A stretch of 64,000 bases of DNA, from positions 7,746 to 71,745 of IMG/VR virus record IMGVR_UViG_3300032286_001614; one strand, 5' to 3'. The stretch is from a virus. A program made the translations under genes and the position numbers. This document shows, in pieces, positions 40,450 through 52,807 of the stretch (its first letter is position 1; each line of letters begins with the position of its first letter). Below the pieces are notes generated by a model. The model searched no databases, had not been told where the DNA came from, and worked only from the letters and a program-made list of their open reading frames with translations.

Positions 40450-40545
40450 CTAGTTAGGACTTATTCTCCTAGCGTGTGACGGATAAAACCGAACGATTGG
40501 GGGACCGGAGGCTGGACTAATTCCTCAAATTGCGGGCACGTTTGG
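40450..40545. ncRNA. putative small structured RNA, copy 1 (30-nt core 40484-40513)
   Basis: Core TAAAACCGAACGATTGGGGGACCGGAGGCT between convergent sigma70-like promoters; covarying stems. Confidence 0.55.
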
Positions 40546-40727
40546 AAAATTATAACATATTTTCCTTTTAAAGTCAAGCTTTTTTTAAAAAAAATTAATT
40601 ATTTTTTTATTGAAAAATAGTTTTTTATTTAAAGTCAAGCTTTTTTTAAGAAAAATATTTAGGGAAAAATTAACGCAAAAAAAATCCCACCCTAAATTAA
40701 TAGAGCGGGACTTGTTATTTTATTTTT

Positions 40728-41003
40728 TTAACAAAACTTTGCTTGAGCGGTCCGACCCGCAGGAATCCATTTTCCGTTATTTTTATTTAGGATAAAGATT
40801 CTTGGAATTCCCTGCTTTATTGCGGGAATAACTTTAACTTTTCCGAGAAAAGATTCTAGCGTGGAATATATTCCGGTAGGAATAAGAACTTCTTTTCCTT
40901 CCAAGTTAAAATCCTTTGGAAGTTTATTCTTATTCCCAGAAAGGATATAACGCAAATCTTTCATCCGAACCGGATATTTTGTGAAGGTTTTATAGTTTTT
41001 CAT
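40728..41003 (-). CDS. small early-type hypothetical protein
   Basis: Promoter-ORF-terminator cassette. Confidence 0.7.
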   Translation of the reverse strand: MKNYKTFTKYPVRMKDLRYILSGNKNKLPKDFNLEGKEVLIPTGIYSTLESFLGKVKVIPAIKQGIPRIFILNKNNGKWIPAGRTAQAKFC

Positions 41004-41142
41004 ATATTTTTGTGTTTTGGTTTTTGTTAGTGGTTAACTGACAATATATAATATGCTTTATTTTCAGGAAAAAACAAGCTTTTTTTTAAAAAAAAATAAA
41101 AAAAAATCCCACCCTAAATTAATAGAGCGGGACTTAGATTTT

Positions 41143-41487
41143 TTAACAATCAGAAGAAGATAATGCGCATACTATCAAACTATCTGTATTTTGTTTATAA
41201 AGTTTCCTAGCAAACTGCAACGCATCATAAGATTCGTATTTATTGAAACATTGAACTTTATATTTATAGTCAAAATATTCGTTATCGAAATAAATCTCAA
41301 CCGAAAATCCAGTAAGGGAATAATCTCCGATTGCGCGAACTTGAATAGTAAACTTATTCCAAACGTAAACTTCGCTATAATGATAATTTGAAGAATCAGA
41401 AACTTTATTTACCGAAAACATTTTATTGAATTCGGAAATAAAATCCGTAACGATTTTTTTATCTTCTTTCGTGAACTGAGGAATCAT
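41143..41487 (-). CDS. small early-type hypothetical protein
   Basis: Promoter-ORF-terminator cassette. Confidence 0.7.
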   Translation of the reverse strand: MIPQFTKEDKKIVTDFISEFNKMFSVNKVSDSSNYHYSEVYVWNKFTIQVRAIGDYSLTGFSVEIYFDNEYFDYKYKVQCFNKYESYDALQFARKLYKQNTDSLIVCALSSSDC

Positions 41488-41634
41488 AATTTTTATCGGG
41501 CTAGGGTTAATTTTGCTAGTTGGTTTTACTTAACGATAAATAATTTACCATATTTCTGGTAAAAAACAAGCTTTTTTTTAAAAAAATAAAATAAAAAAGG
41601 CGACTCTTTTTAGAGAATCGCCTTTTTGTTTTAT

Positions 41635-41826
41635 TTAAACTATAGTTTTCATTCGTAATTCACGAAGCTTATTTATCATTTCCGCCGCCGACACCCAATT
41701 ATTTTCTTCTCCGTGAAATTTACTTGAATTCAAATAAATGCAAATATTCGTAAGATCCTCTTGAATATCGTGCAATTTATTTTTTAGCTCTTCATTTTCT
41801 TTATTTAGGCGGGTGATATAGTTCAT
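41635..41826 (-). CDS. small coiled-coil hypothetical protein
   Basis: Promoter-ORF-terminator cassette. Confidence 0.7.
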   Translation of the reverse strand: MNYITRLNKENEELKNKLHDIQEDLTNICIYLNSSKFHGEENNWVSAAEMINKLRELRMKTIV

Positions 41827-41941
41827 GGTGGTTTTGTTGGTTAACGATAAATAAGATAACAGATACGTTACCTAAATCAAGCATTATTTTAAAAAAATAA
41901 AATAAAAAATCCGCTCCTTTTTATAGAAGCGGATATTTTAA

Positions 41942-42193
41942 TTAAACAAAAAATTCAAATTTTTTACCCATATAAGGGATTTGGTGAATAGCCCAACTCC
42001 ACCCTCTTTTATTTAAAAGACAAGTGGACGTTCTAGATAAAACAACTCCATCCATTATTTTGTTATCAGCTAATTTTATTTTTTGATATGTCAATTCATA
42101 TCCACGCTTTGGTAGATTTTTATTTATTTTTCCAGCAGCTTTATCTGAAATAGTATAAAAGCCAGAGTCTAAATATTTTGCGGTGAATTTCAT
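41942..42193 (-). CDS. small early-type hypothetical protein
   Basis: Start corrected to MKFTAK; own promoter and terminator. Confidence 0.65.
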   Translation of the reverse strand: MKFTAKYLDSGFYTISDKAAGKINKNLPKRGYELTYQKIKLADNKIMDGVVLSRTSTCLLNKRGWSWAIHQIPYMGKKFEFFV

Positions 42194-42336
42194 TTTTATA
42201 GGTGGTTTGGGTTGACGAATAAAACCATATATCATTTGCAGGCTAAATCAAGCTTTTTTTTAATTATTTTAATTATTTTTTTTATTTTTTTTAAAAAAAC
42301 ACTTGTTTTTTTCTATTAGTGTGCTATTCTATTTTT

Positions 42337-42432
42337 CTAGTCAAGGTTTATTCCCTTGGCGTGTGACCGATAAAACGGAACGATTGGGGGACCGGAGGCT
42401 AGACTTTTTTTTTAAAATAAAAAATAGTTTGG
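42337..42432. ncRNA. putative small structured RNA, copy 2 (core 42371-42400)
   Basis: Core TAAAACGGAACGATTGGGGGACCGGAGGCT; same convergent promoter layout. Confidence 0.55.
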
Positions 42433-42533
42433 AAAATTATAACATATTTTTTATTTTAAATCAAGTATTTTTTTTATTTTATTTAAAAAATTTTCCCCAA
42501 CAAATTAATGTCGGGGAATCGTTTTTTTAAGAA

Positions 42534-42951
<418 letters not shown>

Positions 42952-43027
42952 GACGCTATAAATCTAGCAAATACGGCAGGTAAATCAAGCTTTTTTTAAT
43001 TATTTTAATTATTTTTTTTAAAAAAAT

Positions 43028-43285
43028 TTAAATTAATTCAATCTTTCTATATTCCAATTTAAACTGTTTAATTCCCTTATACTTTTCTTTTAACTTGGGA
43101 ATATAAGAATTCGCCTGTGCTTTTGTTTCAAATTCCGTGGCCAAACTCCATGCAAATTCGCACATAGAAAAATTTTGAGTCGGCGAATTAATAAAATAAA
43201 GATTACGGCGGCAATTAATATCTGTTTTCCCAATGATTGCGAAAACATATTTAAATTTTTTATTTCTATTTTTATTTTTACTCAT
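43028..43285 (-). CDS. small early-type hypothetical protein
   Basis: 85 aa with upstream GCTTGTTT..TGCTATCTT promoter. Confidence 0.7.
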   Translation of the reverse strand: MSKNKNRNKKFKYVFAIIGKTDINCRRNLYFINSPTQNFSMCEFAWSLATEFETKAQANSYIPKLKEKYKGIKQFKLEYRKIELI

Positions 43286-43374
43286 ATTTTTTTGCGGTTA
43301 ATGGTTGGCTGAATCTATAAGATAGCATAAACAACGAATTAAACAAGCTTTTATTTATTTAATTTTAATTAAAA

Positions 43375-44015
43375 TTAATTTTGCTGCAATATCTGGGTTA
43401 ACCTAAAACTTTTTAAGGCTGCTGCGTAGGAAATTAAATACAATTTCCCCCTTTAAATAAAAAGGGAGAAAAGTTATATTATTTACCTGAGTTAACCTTT
43501 TTTAAGGTGTGGTGAGGTTTCATTATATAGCAGGGCAACTTATGATTTTTAATCATTCAATATTTTATTTATCGCTCAAAACTTACCTCTAAAGCGCGAT
43601 TGATATTTTTAATTATCAAACGAAATATTGTCCTTATCCGTAGATAAAAGGTCGGGGGTCAGATATTTAAATTATTAATTTAAATTTTTGATTCATCCCT
43701 GCAATGGCATTTATTTATTATTAGCTACGCTAATTTAGTAAAAATAAAATAGTTTTTTAATTTTCCTAGAATTTGCATTTCGCAGGACTAGGGCACGAAG
43801 AAACTTAACTTCGCTGCATTATTTTAATGCCCTTGTAACTCTCCTTATCTTTTCAGCGCACCCGCTATCATCACGACATGAGGTTTAATTATTTCTAATT
43901 CGCTTACTTTCAGAAGTGCCTTCCAATTTTCATTGGATTGGACTTAATCTTTACAAGTAGATTGTTAAACAGTTAAATTAACCAAAAAGAACTAATTGAT
44001 CCCGAGTATCAATCA
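43375..44015 (-). ncRNA. putative large structured non-coding RNA (~640 nt), family not recognised
   Basis: No ORF of 60 aa or more; many nested helices, GAAA and cUACGg tetraloops on the minus strand, promoter at 44021-44050. Confidence 0.65.
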
Positions 44016-44057
44016 TAAGTATAATACACCTTATTCCTAATAAATGTCAAAGTTTTT

Positions 44058-44576
44058 TCAAATATTTTTAAGAATCTCTACATATTTTTTTCCCCTGCCT
44101 CCGGTTTGCTTATACCAGCGCGAATCTTTTAATTCCGCCGCCGCTTTATTATAATCTTTCTTTTCAATTGCCGCAGTAAAATCTTTGAATTTTTTAATTC
44201 TATTTGGCCCCAGATTGTAAGCTAGGCTTATTAATATTATTTGAACATTTTGTGGTTGCGAATTGAAAGATTTAAACTGTTTATGCGCAATCTGTTCTGC
44301 GATTTTTACATCCTCTTTTAACCATTTATTAAGTAAACAATTATCAATATTTTGCCCAACCTTATACTTATCTTGTAAACCCTTAGATTCTAAATTTGTT
44401 CCGCCACCAACAGTTTTATGTCCAGTCGGGCAAATATATACTTTATTGCTCCATCCTTCGTATTTAATAATATGCGTTTTAATATTATCGAATGAAGGCG
44501 CGGCATTAATAATAGACGCGCCGCCAATAATAATACCGATTGAGATAAGTTTAAGATTTTTATAGAATGTTTTCAT
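44058..44576 (-). CDS. lysozyme (GH24-like) with N-terminal hydrophobic segment
   Basis: KYEG...YICPTGHKTVGGG, AYNLG, AAAELKDSRWYKQ. Confidence 0.88.
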   Translation of the reverse strand: MKTFYKNLKLISIGIIIGGASIINAAPSFDNIKTHIIKYEGWSNKVYICPTGHKTVGGGTNLESKGLQDKYKVGQNIDNCLLNKWLKEDVKIAEQIAHKQFKSFNSQPQNVQIILISLAYNLGPNRIKKFKDFTAAIEKKDYNKAAAELKDSRWYKQTGGRGKKYVEILKNI

Positions 44577-44600
44577 ATAATTTATTTAATTTAACTTAAT

Positions 44601-44819
44601 TTATTCTGCGCGATAAATTTCCAAAGATTCCCACGATGGAATATCATAAGGGGAACAAACTTCCTTATTCCTTTCCTTACGAAATTGCATTTCCTTATTA
44701 TAACTTGCGCGACTAACAATAATATTTCCGCCGCCGCCATAAGGCAAAAGACGAACTTCTTTAGAAACAACTCCGTAGTCATCAATAAAAGAATTGATGG
44801 TTGATTTAATATTTTGCAT
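44601..44819 (-). CDS. small hypothetical protein
   Basis: 72 aa in operon with lysozyme. Confidence 0.65.
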   Translation of the reverse strand: MQNIKSTINSFIDDYGVVSKEVRLLPYGGGGNIIVSRASYNKEMQFRKERNKEVCSPYDIPSWESLEIYRAE

Positions 44820-44832
44820 ATGATTCGTTTTA

Positions 44833-45033
44833 TTAATTGGTGTGATTCAAGAAAATTTTATATCCTTTATTATTAACAAGAATTTCCACTTCCTCACTCG
44901 TTACTTGCGAAATGCTCGCAAAGTTTCCAGCAAGTTTCCTAGAAAGATTCTCGGCGAGAATAATATCTTTAGAATTAATAACTTGAACAAAATTCCCGAA
45001 GGAATGATTTACTGCGAAGTAATAATTTTTCAT
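44833..45033 (-). CDS. small hypothetical protein
   Basis: 66 aa, promoter at about 45065-45095. Confidence 0.65.
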   Translation of the reverse strand: MKNYYFAVNHSFGNFVQVINSKDIILAENLSRKLAGNFASISQVTSEEVEILVNNKGYKIFLNHTN

Positions 45034-45295
45034 AACGATGTGGTTTTAAGTTAACTGAGCCAATAGAATACGTTAAAATTAGGTATTATTCAAGTAAATA
45101 ATTAAAAAAAATTCATGCCTTAATATTGACTTACGTAATTTTGCAAATTAATTGCGTTTTAAAGTTTACCTATGAAAAAGTGTTTTTTTTCACTGGGTTT
45201 TAATAAAACCGAAAATTACGTAAGTCATTTAGATTTTTTTTAATTTTCTTTAAAAAAAAGCTTGTTTTCTTCTTTGGATATGCTATCTTATTTCC

Positions 45296-45420
45296 ATCGA
45301 CAGGACTTGTAAGGGGCCAAATTAATGAAACCCCATCTCTCCTGAAAGATTTGACCTTTAAAACGGAACGATTGGGGGACCGGAGGCTACGCAAATTTCT
45401 TGGGGCACAAGCCCGTTTGG
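45296..45420. ncRNA. putative small structured RNA, copy 3 (core 45359-45388)
   Basis: Core identical to copy 2; first stem CAGGA/TCCTG expanded with a GGGG/CCCC insert. Confidence 0.55.
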
Positions 45421-45445
45421 AAATTTTACCACAAAAAAACTTTAA

Positions 45446-46096
45446 TGTCAAGCTTTTTTTTAATTTTTTTTCTGAAATAAAAGAATACCCCTTCCCGCCC
45501 TTGGGAAAATATATTATTCCTAGAGCTTGTCAAGCCTATTTTTAAAAAAAATGATACGTATTAATACGTATTTTTAAATAAAAAAAATGCTTGACTTATT
45601 TATAATTAACTATATATGCGAATTTTCAAATAGTGATTTTTTAAAAAAAGTCAAGAATAAAATTAATTATTTTTTTAACCTAAAGATCAGCCCCAGCCCC
45701 ACCCTGGAAAAATATACTATTTTGCGTAAATGTCAAGCATATTTTTTTATTATTTTTGCGCTTATATTTATTATTTTTATTAATGTCAAACATATTTTTT
45801 AAAAAAAATTTTGTTTATATTTATTATCTAAATTATTGTCAAGCATTTAATTAAATTATTTTTTAAGAATTAAGTCCGCCCCAGCCCCACCCCGGAAGTA
45901 AATCATAAAACGGTTTGCTTGTCAAGCATATTTTTTATTTATTTTTTTTATTTTTTTAAAAATTATCTTGACATTATTATTATTTCTGTTATACGCAAAT
46001 TTAATGAAATTGCGCATTTTAACACAAAATTTAATAAAAGTCAAGCAATTTTTAAATTATTTTTTGCCTTATATATTATTATAAATTAATGTCAAA
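45446..46096. promoter_or_regulatory. array of TTGAC/GTCAA sites with A/T tracts and C-rich boxes
   Basis: About 11 TTGAC(A/T) hexamers on both strands, no credible ORF. Confidence 0.65.
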
Positions 46097-46161
46097 CAAT
46101 TATTAAAAAAAATATATAATAAAAAGGCCCGACTTTTATTAAGTCGAGCCTTTGTTTTTAA

Positions 46162-46653
46162 TTAATTACGCTTAGGAAAAATTTCTTTATTATCACGAAT
46201 AAAACTATTCAGCGTCGCATAAGAATAGAAATTTAATTTTTCCACAATTTCACTAACTTGCTGATTATTATCATTATAAAGAATCTTAACTTTATCTAAA
46301 AAGTTTTGGGATTCTTTATTATTTAAATCAGACAATTCTTTAATAGTGAATTTGACCTTAGAATTTTCAATTTGCTCATTTTTAATTGTGCGAATTAAAG
46401 AAGAAAACTCTTCGATCCCACCCAGAACAGGAATAATTTCATTAAGAATAATACGAGCGATTTTCTGAGTATTATCGCCGTGAATTTCATTATGTTTATT
46501 ACGCAATTCTTCAATTGCGCTATTAACAAACTTTTCTGGCAATCCCATTTTAGAAAATTCAGCTTTAATATTGCTATCGTCAAAAATTGGCGATGCAGGA
46601 ATATTTTTAATATTCTTAACGGAGTTTTGCAGGGCATTAATAATTTCTTTCAT
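46162..46653 (-). CDS. putative HTH DNA-binding protein, paralog of 39103-39591
   Basis: QVSEIVEKLNFYSYATLNSF; terminator at 46121-46153. Confidence 0.7.
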   Translation of the reverse strand: MKEIINALQNSVKNIKNIPASPIFDDSNIKAEFSKMGLPEKFVNSAIEELRNKHNEIHGDNTQKIARIILNEIIPVLGGIEEFSSLIRTIKNEQIENSKVKFTIKELSDLNNKESQNFLDKVKILYNDNNQQVSEIVEKLNFYSYATLNSFIRDNKEIFPKRN

Positions 46654-47857
46654 AACAATCTTTCTTTTTTTATATATAGGTTAATAATAACAAATCCAAT
46701 TTTTTAAAAAATCGCACAAATTGGTTAAGCGGAAAAATAATAATAACAGGCGCAGGAATTTTTTAAACCCTATCCCAGCGCATTCGACTTTCAAAAAGCA
46801 AACCTAGCATGGATAACGAAGTAATTTTCCGCGTTATGGTCAATCTTTTTTTTAAAAAAAACATGGGTATTTCTACTTAGAAAAATATGTCATTTTACCT
46901 CTGAAAAAACATCATTTTAAGCATCATTTTTAATAGGGGAAATATGATAAAAAAATATATAATATTATGTTTTAAAAAATGAGATAATAAATAGAAATGA
47001 ATGCCATTACCCTCCCCCCTCTCAATCTTTATTTATTTATTTATTTGTCGTTTATATTTCATTAATATTCCATGAGTATTTTATCTATTCCCTATTGTTA
47101 TTTCCCCCTATATATTTATCTCATTTGTTTTATTGTCTATATATAATATAATTGAATAGAGTGATTTATTTGTTATTTTTATGTTGTAATAATTATGTTT
47201 TAATTAAATCAAATAATTACATAAATCTCTTACAATAAGAGTTATATAGAAATTATTTGATTTAATATTTTTGTTCAATTTTCCTTTGATTTATTTGCTC
47301 AAATTTTGAGCATATTATAGCATAAAAAATGAAGCACAAATGAGTAAAAAAAATGAATAAAAAAAACGACTAAAATTAAGTAAGAATTTGCCGTTCTAAA
47401 TGTCCCATTTTATTAAGTGATAATTCCAAAATTATATTGTAAAATTAATATTTATTTTTGATTTACGATAATAAAATTCATTATTTTAGTGTAAATGAAA
47501 TCCGCTGATTATTTGCCATTTAATAATTTCAATAATAACCTTAATAGTTAATTTTGCAAATAATCTTATCGTTTATTAAACTTAGCTTTTTTTATTTATA
47601 AAATAGCCGATTTTTAGCCTTCTGAAAGTAGGGTCTGAAAATGGCAATTTTTGCCTCATTAAATGCCCGCAAATGGTGTTTTAACGCATTAAAAAGGTGC
47701 AAGGGTAGTCTGGACTAGGTTAAACGCTAGAAAACGCGCCAAAACGTAAGGAAAATGCTTATTGAGAACGTGTCTCATCTAAGGGTAAAAAAATATATAA
47801 ATAAAAAAATCCACCCGATTTATGGATGGATTGTTTTATGTTAAACTATTATCTTTT

Positions 47858-48217
47858 TTACTGCTTTAATGCAATTTTTATCTTTTTAAGAGTTTCTTCC
47901 TGAAGTAAATTATAATAAGAACTTTTATAAGATTCTGAACCTTGCATATAATATCTAACTCCCTCCGGCCAACCAATAACACGGTCAAAAAACATTTGAT
48001 AAACACGCTCAGTAACTTTTCCAGTAACTTTAGAAACTTTATTCGCGCTATTTAGTATCTTATTGAATGCTTCGTAACCATTAAGATCGGGCTTTTCTAA
48101 ACATTCAATCAGCCTAGCGATAACTTTTCTATCGGCTTTATTGATATATTCCGGCGTATCCCATATGGTTTTACGGCATTGCTTTTTGTAACAATAAAAA
48201 GAAGATGAAAGGCTCAT
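47858..48217 (-). CDS. hypothetical protein
   Basis: 119 aa, terminator at 47803-47833. Confidence 0.7.
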   Translation of the reverse strand: MSLSSSFYCYKKQCRKTIWDTPEYINKADRKVIARLIECLEKPDLNGYEAFNKILNSANKVSKVTGKVTERVYQMFFDRVIGWPEGVRYYMQGSESYKSSYYNLLQEETLKKIKIALKQ

Positions 48218-48239
48218 TTTAAATAATAATTATATTAAA

Positions 48240-49559
<1,320 letters not shown>

Positions 49560-49672
49560 GGTTTTTTGATTGAGTCTATACTATAAAGGAAATAGCGGAT
49601 AAGTAAAGAAAATAATGCTAATAATAAATAAAAATGGGGCCAAGAATTAATCTTGACCCCATTTTTTATTAA

Positions 49673-50683
49673 TTAAACTACAACGTCCTGATTTTCAACG
49701 TGCCACTTGATGTAAGTTGAAGTTTCCTTCATCTTTGGATTTTTCGTTACGATAAGTTTTACGGCGAAAGCCTCATATTCTTTTGGCAAACGCTTTAAAT
49801 AAGTAACGATGGAATTGAAAGTTTTCTCATCCTTCGATTTATTGGCGAGAGCGGTCAAAACAAAATAAAGAACGTCCGGCTTGCTTGGAATATCTGCGCC
49901 AGACGGATTATTAATAATTTCCGTTGGAAGTTTTGCGATTGAAGTGCAAATTTTATAAAAAGCCATGAATTCAGTAGCAAAAGATTCGCCAACTGAACCA
50001 GACCAAACTTCATGATTAATAACGCCATTATTAATCCAACGTCCGAGATTTGCAATTGTGCGCGGGCAGGCGAAATTTTCGATATTCTTATTTTTAGAAT
50101 CGAAAGTTGAAAGCATTGAAGGTTTTGCTTTGATATAAGCAATCAATTCATGCGGCATATTATTATTAATTGCCCAATTAATCCATGAATCACCGTCAAT
50201 TTCAATTTTGAATATGCCAGCAAAACGTGAAAGAAGAGGAGTAATTAATCCAGAAACACCAGCATTATCTGTTTTATCGTTTGTCGCGGCAATAAAACGA
50301 ACCTTGTCAGAAATTTTCTTTCCGTTAATTTCACGGGCAAGAATAATTTGCATAACAGAAGCTTGAACACTTTGAGGAGCTTGTCCTAAATCATCAAAAA
50401 AGACGACCAAATCTTTTTGAGCGGTCATCATTTTTTGTAAATCGCCGTAGGGAATAAATTCTGCCGTCAATTCATTATTAACAACACCGGAAACAGGCAA
50501 ACCCTTAAAATCAACAGGATTTGAAACAATAGGATGTTGAATCATTAATTCAAATCCCATTTTGTTAATAACAATATCAGAAATAACATCTGATTTGCCG
50601 ACGCCTGGCGCACCCTTTAATAATATATTCATATTATTTTTAATTGCGATAGGCAAAACATTATATAATTCAGTGATTTTCAT
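49673..50683 (-). CDS. MoxR-like AAA+ ATPase
   Basis: GAPGVGKS, VFFDDL, IAATN, PLLSRF, CPRT; start corrected to MKITEL. Confidence 0.88.
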   Translation of the reverse strand: MKITELYNVLPIAIKNNMNILLKGAPGVGKSDVISDIVINKMGFELMIQHPIVSNPVDFKGLPVSGVVNNELTAEFIPYGDLQKMMTAQKDLVVFFDDLGQAPQSVQASVMQIILAREINGKKISDKVRFIAATNDKTDNAGVSGLITPLLSRFAGIFKIEIDGDSWINWAINNNMPHELIAYIKAKPSMLSTFDSKNKNIENFACPRTIANLGRWINNGVINHEVWSGSVGESFATEFMAFYKICTSIAKLPTEIINNPSGADIPSKPDVLYFVLTALANKSKDEKTFNSIVTYLKRLPKEYEAFAVKLIVTKNPKMKETSTYIKWHVENQDVVV

Positions 50684-50822
50684 AGTTGGTTTTTGGGCTA
50701 GGTCAAAACAATAACACAAATAGGGAGTGAATCAAGGTTTTTTTCTATTTTTTTTAAATAAAATATAATAAAATAAAATAAAAAGGGGCGGCTAAATTAA
50801 TAACCACCCCGATTAAAACTAA

Positions 50823-51722
50823 TTAGAACGCGAAATCATCCATAACAGAAGAAATCTTTTCAATCGCAGCCTTGGTTTTAATAATTGCATCTGCACGACC
50901 AGCGTCGGATTCACGAATATTTTCCGCATCCATGCCGCAAATATTCTTTTCAATAGAATCAAGAGTATCAGAAATCTTTTTATTGTCATTAATATTAAGT
51001 TCGCGAACCTCACGAATAATTTCGCAAACATTACTGACATTGGAAGTATGAAACTTAGAATCAAAATCCTGCAAACGATTAACTAGATGATTTAATTTAT
51101 CATTAACACGATTCAAAACATCCATTTCCGCATTTTTAACAGCGGAATTGATATTATCTTCAATTGATTTATTAATTTCTTCAATCTCTTCGTTTGAAAG
51201 AGCATTGCAACGGAAATCATTATCCTGAACAGGCGCAACATTTACTTTAGCATAAAAAGATTCTTTAAAAGAATTTATGCTAGGATAATCGGCGCGATTA
51301 AACATAACGCCGAGACTTTTACGTTCTACATAAAAATCATTATCAATAATTGACTGATATTCGTCGCAGGCTTGGTTTACAAGATCATAAAATTTACGAA
51401 CATTATCTTCCAATTCCGATTTAACTTTAGCATAATTGGAAATTTTAATAATACGGTTGCCATCATTTCCCCATGCGGCAGTTTTGGAATAAAAATCCAA
51501 GCGCATCTTTTGAGAAAAAGAAACAACAGCGGCAGTTGCTTTATTGCGCAATAAAGATTTATTCACACGAATATAATCCGTTGAACCACCGACATTATTC
51601 GCAGTTTCCTGCGATTGTTTTTTATCTTTTTTATTAACAGAAAAAGTTCCGATATTAATCGAAACTAGAATTGCTTTTTCAGCAAGTGATTTAACTTTAA
51701 CAGTAGGATTATTGTTTTCCAT
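50823..51722 (-). CDS. DUF3150-like helical protein associated with AAA/VWA pair
   Basis: 299 aa, FNRADYPS motif, upstream of AAA and VWA genes. Confidence 0.6.
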   Translation of the reverse strand: MENNNPTVKVKSLAEKAILVSINIGTFSVNKKDKKQSQETANNVGGSTDYIRVNKSLLRNKATAAVVSFSQKMRLDFYSKTAAWGNDGNRIIKISNYAKVKSELEDNVRKFYDLVNQACDEYQSIIDNDFYVERKSLGVMFNRADYPSINSFKESFYAKVNVAPVQDNDFRCNALSNEEIEEINKSIEDNINSAVKNAEMDVLNRVNDKLNHLVNRLQDFDSKFHTSNVSNVCEIIREVRELNINDNKKISDTLDSIEKNICGMDAENIRESDAGRADAIIKTKAAIEKISSVMDDFAF

Positions 51723-51821
51723 TATGGTTTTTGGGTTGAGGACAATAGAATAGACTAAGCAGGGTAAGAATCAAGTTTTTTTTTCGTTTTTTTAAAAAAA
51801 ATTAACATCAATAATTATCAA

Positions 51822-52304
51822 TCATAAGCACAATTCTTTAATCATCTTATAATTAATATTTTGAGAATCAAGGGCTATTTGCATATCTTCAAGGCATTCA
51901 TTTAAAAATGCCCCGCTTAAATAAACTTCATCATTTTTTAATTCACGAATCCAATCTTCTATAAGAACAGCTTCAGAATGATTACCACCATTAACAAAAT
52001 TATTGGGTTCATTTTTTATATTTTCTTTATCCCATCCATAAGCATATTCATGATAATCTGTTATAAAAGTTCCAATGTTAGGATATTCATTATAAAAATC
52101 ATATTTTCCTTTAAAGCCATGACCATTTTTAAAAAACCAACTTGGCAATTCAAAATTTGTCAGAATAACTTTATCGAATTTATTTGCTTCTAAATATTCG
52201 CCAAACTTATATTCTAATTTCCAGAATGAAGTTCCGGCATTTTTATAACCACGTTCCCAAATTCCCTCTAAATGATGAATGATGATTGTTTTCATTTCAA
52301 TCAA
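51822..52304 (-). CDS. hypothetical protein
   Basis: 160-aa ORF with own promoter. Confidence 0.7.
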   Translation of the reverse strand: MIEMKTIIIHHLEGIWERGYKNAGTSFWKLEYKFGEYLEANKFDKVILTNFELPSWFFKNGHGFKGKYDFYNEYPNIGTFITDYHEYAYGWDKENIKNEPNNFVNGGNHSEAVLIEDWIRELKNDEVYLSGAFLNECLEDMQIALDSQNINYKMIKELCL

Positions 52305-52361
52305 GATAGATTAAATCTAGGATAAATCAAGAAAATTATTATTTTTATTTAAAATTATTTA

Positions 52362-52553
52362 TTATCGCATCATACGACCTAAATAAGAACCATAACAATT
52401 TCTGCGAGTTTTCTTTTCAATCATTTCCCTTTCTTCTTTTGTAACAAGTAAAATTTCCCCGCCAGTTTTATGTCCATAATGTTGAATTGCAAACATTTTT
52501 GGGCGTGGGCCATTAATAATATCGTTAAGAGAAGCAGCTTTTACGAGAGCCAT
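52362..52553 (-). CDS. small hypothetical protein
   Basis: 63-aa ORF, co-oriented. Confidence 0.6.
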   Translation of the reverse strand: MALVKAASLNDIINGPRPKMFAIQHYGHKTGGEILLVTKEEREMIEKKTRRNCYGSYLGRMMR

Positions 52554-52579
52554 TTTAATAAAATGATTTTAATTAATTA

Positions 52580-52807
52580 TTATTCTTGATTAGATCTCCA
52601 AAGTTTAGGCCCATAGCCTTCATATCCTTCTGTAACTAGAAAACGAATTTCTTTATTTTCTTTAATCCAATATCCATTTACAGTCCATTTTTTCTTAATT
52701 TCGTCATAAACGGTATCATTAAGAGCGCGAAATTCATGATATTTTCCATTGCAAGATTCATAGAATATTTCATCTTTTTTAATTTCTTTTATGTGAATGA
52801 AGCGCAT
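52580..52807 (-). CDS. small hypothetical protein
   Basis: Start corrected to MRFIHI. Confidence 0.65.
   Translation of the reverse strand: MRFIHIKEIKKDEIFYESCNGKYHEFRALNDTVYDEIKKKWTVNGYWIKENKEIRFLVTEGYEGYGPKLWRSNQE

Noticed and set aside
40470-40500. Hammerhead ribozyme in the sRNA cassette (TGA-stem-GAA)
   Set aside because: Lacks the CUGANGA and GAAA core
43375-43865. Group II intron (GTGCG on minus near 43860), RNase P RNA or tmRNA
   Set aside because: No convincing domain V, no interrupted gene, no GAGGAAAGUCC and no tRNA-like ends
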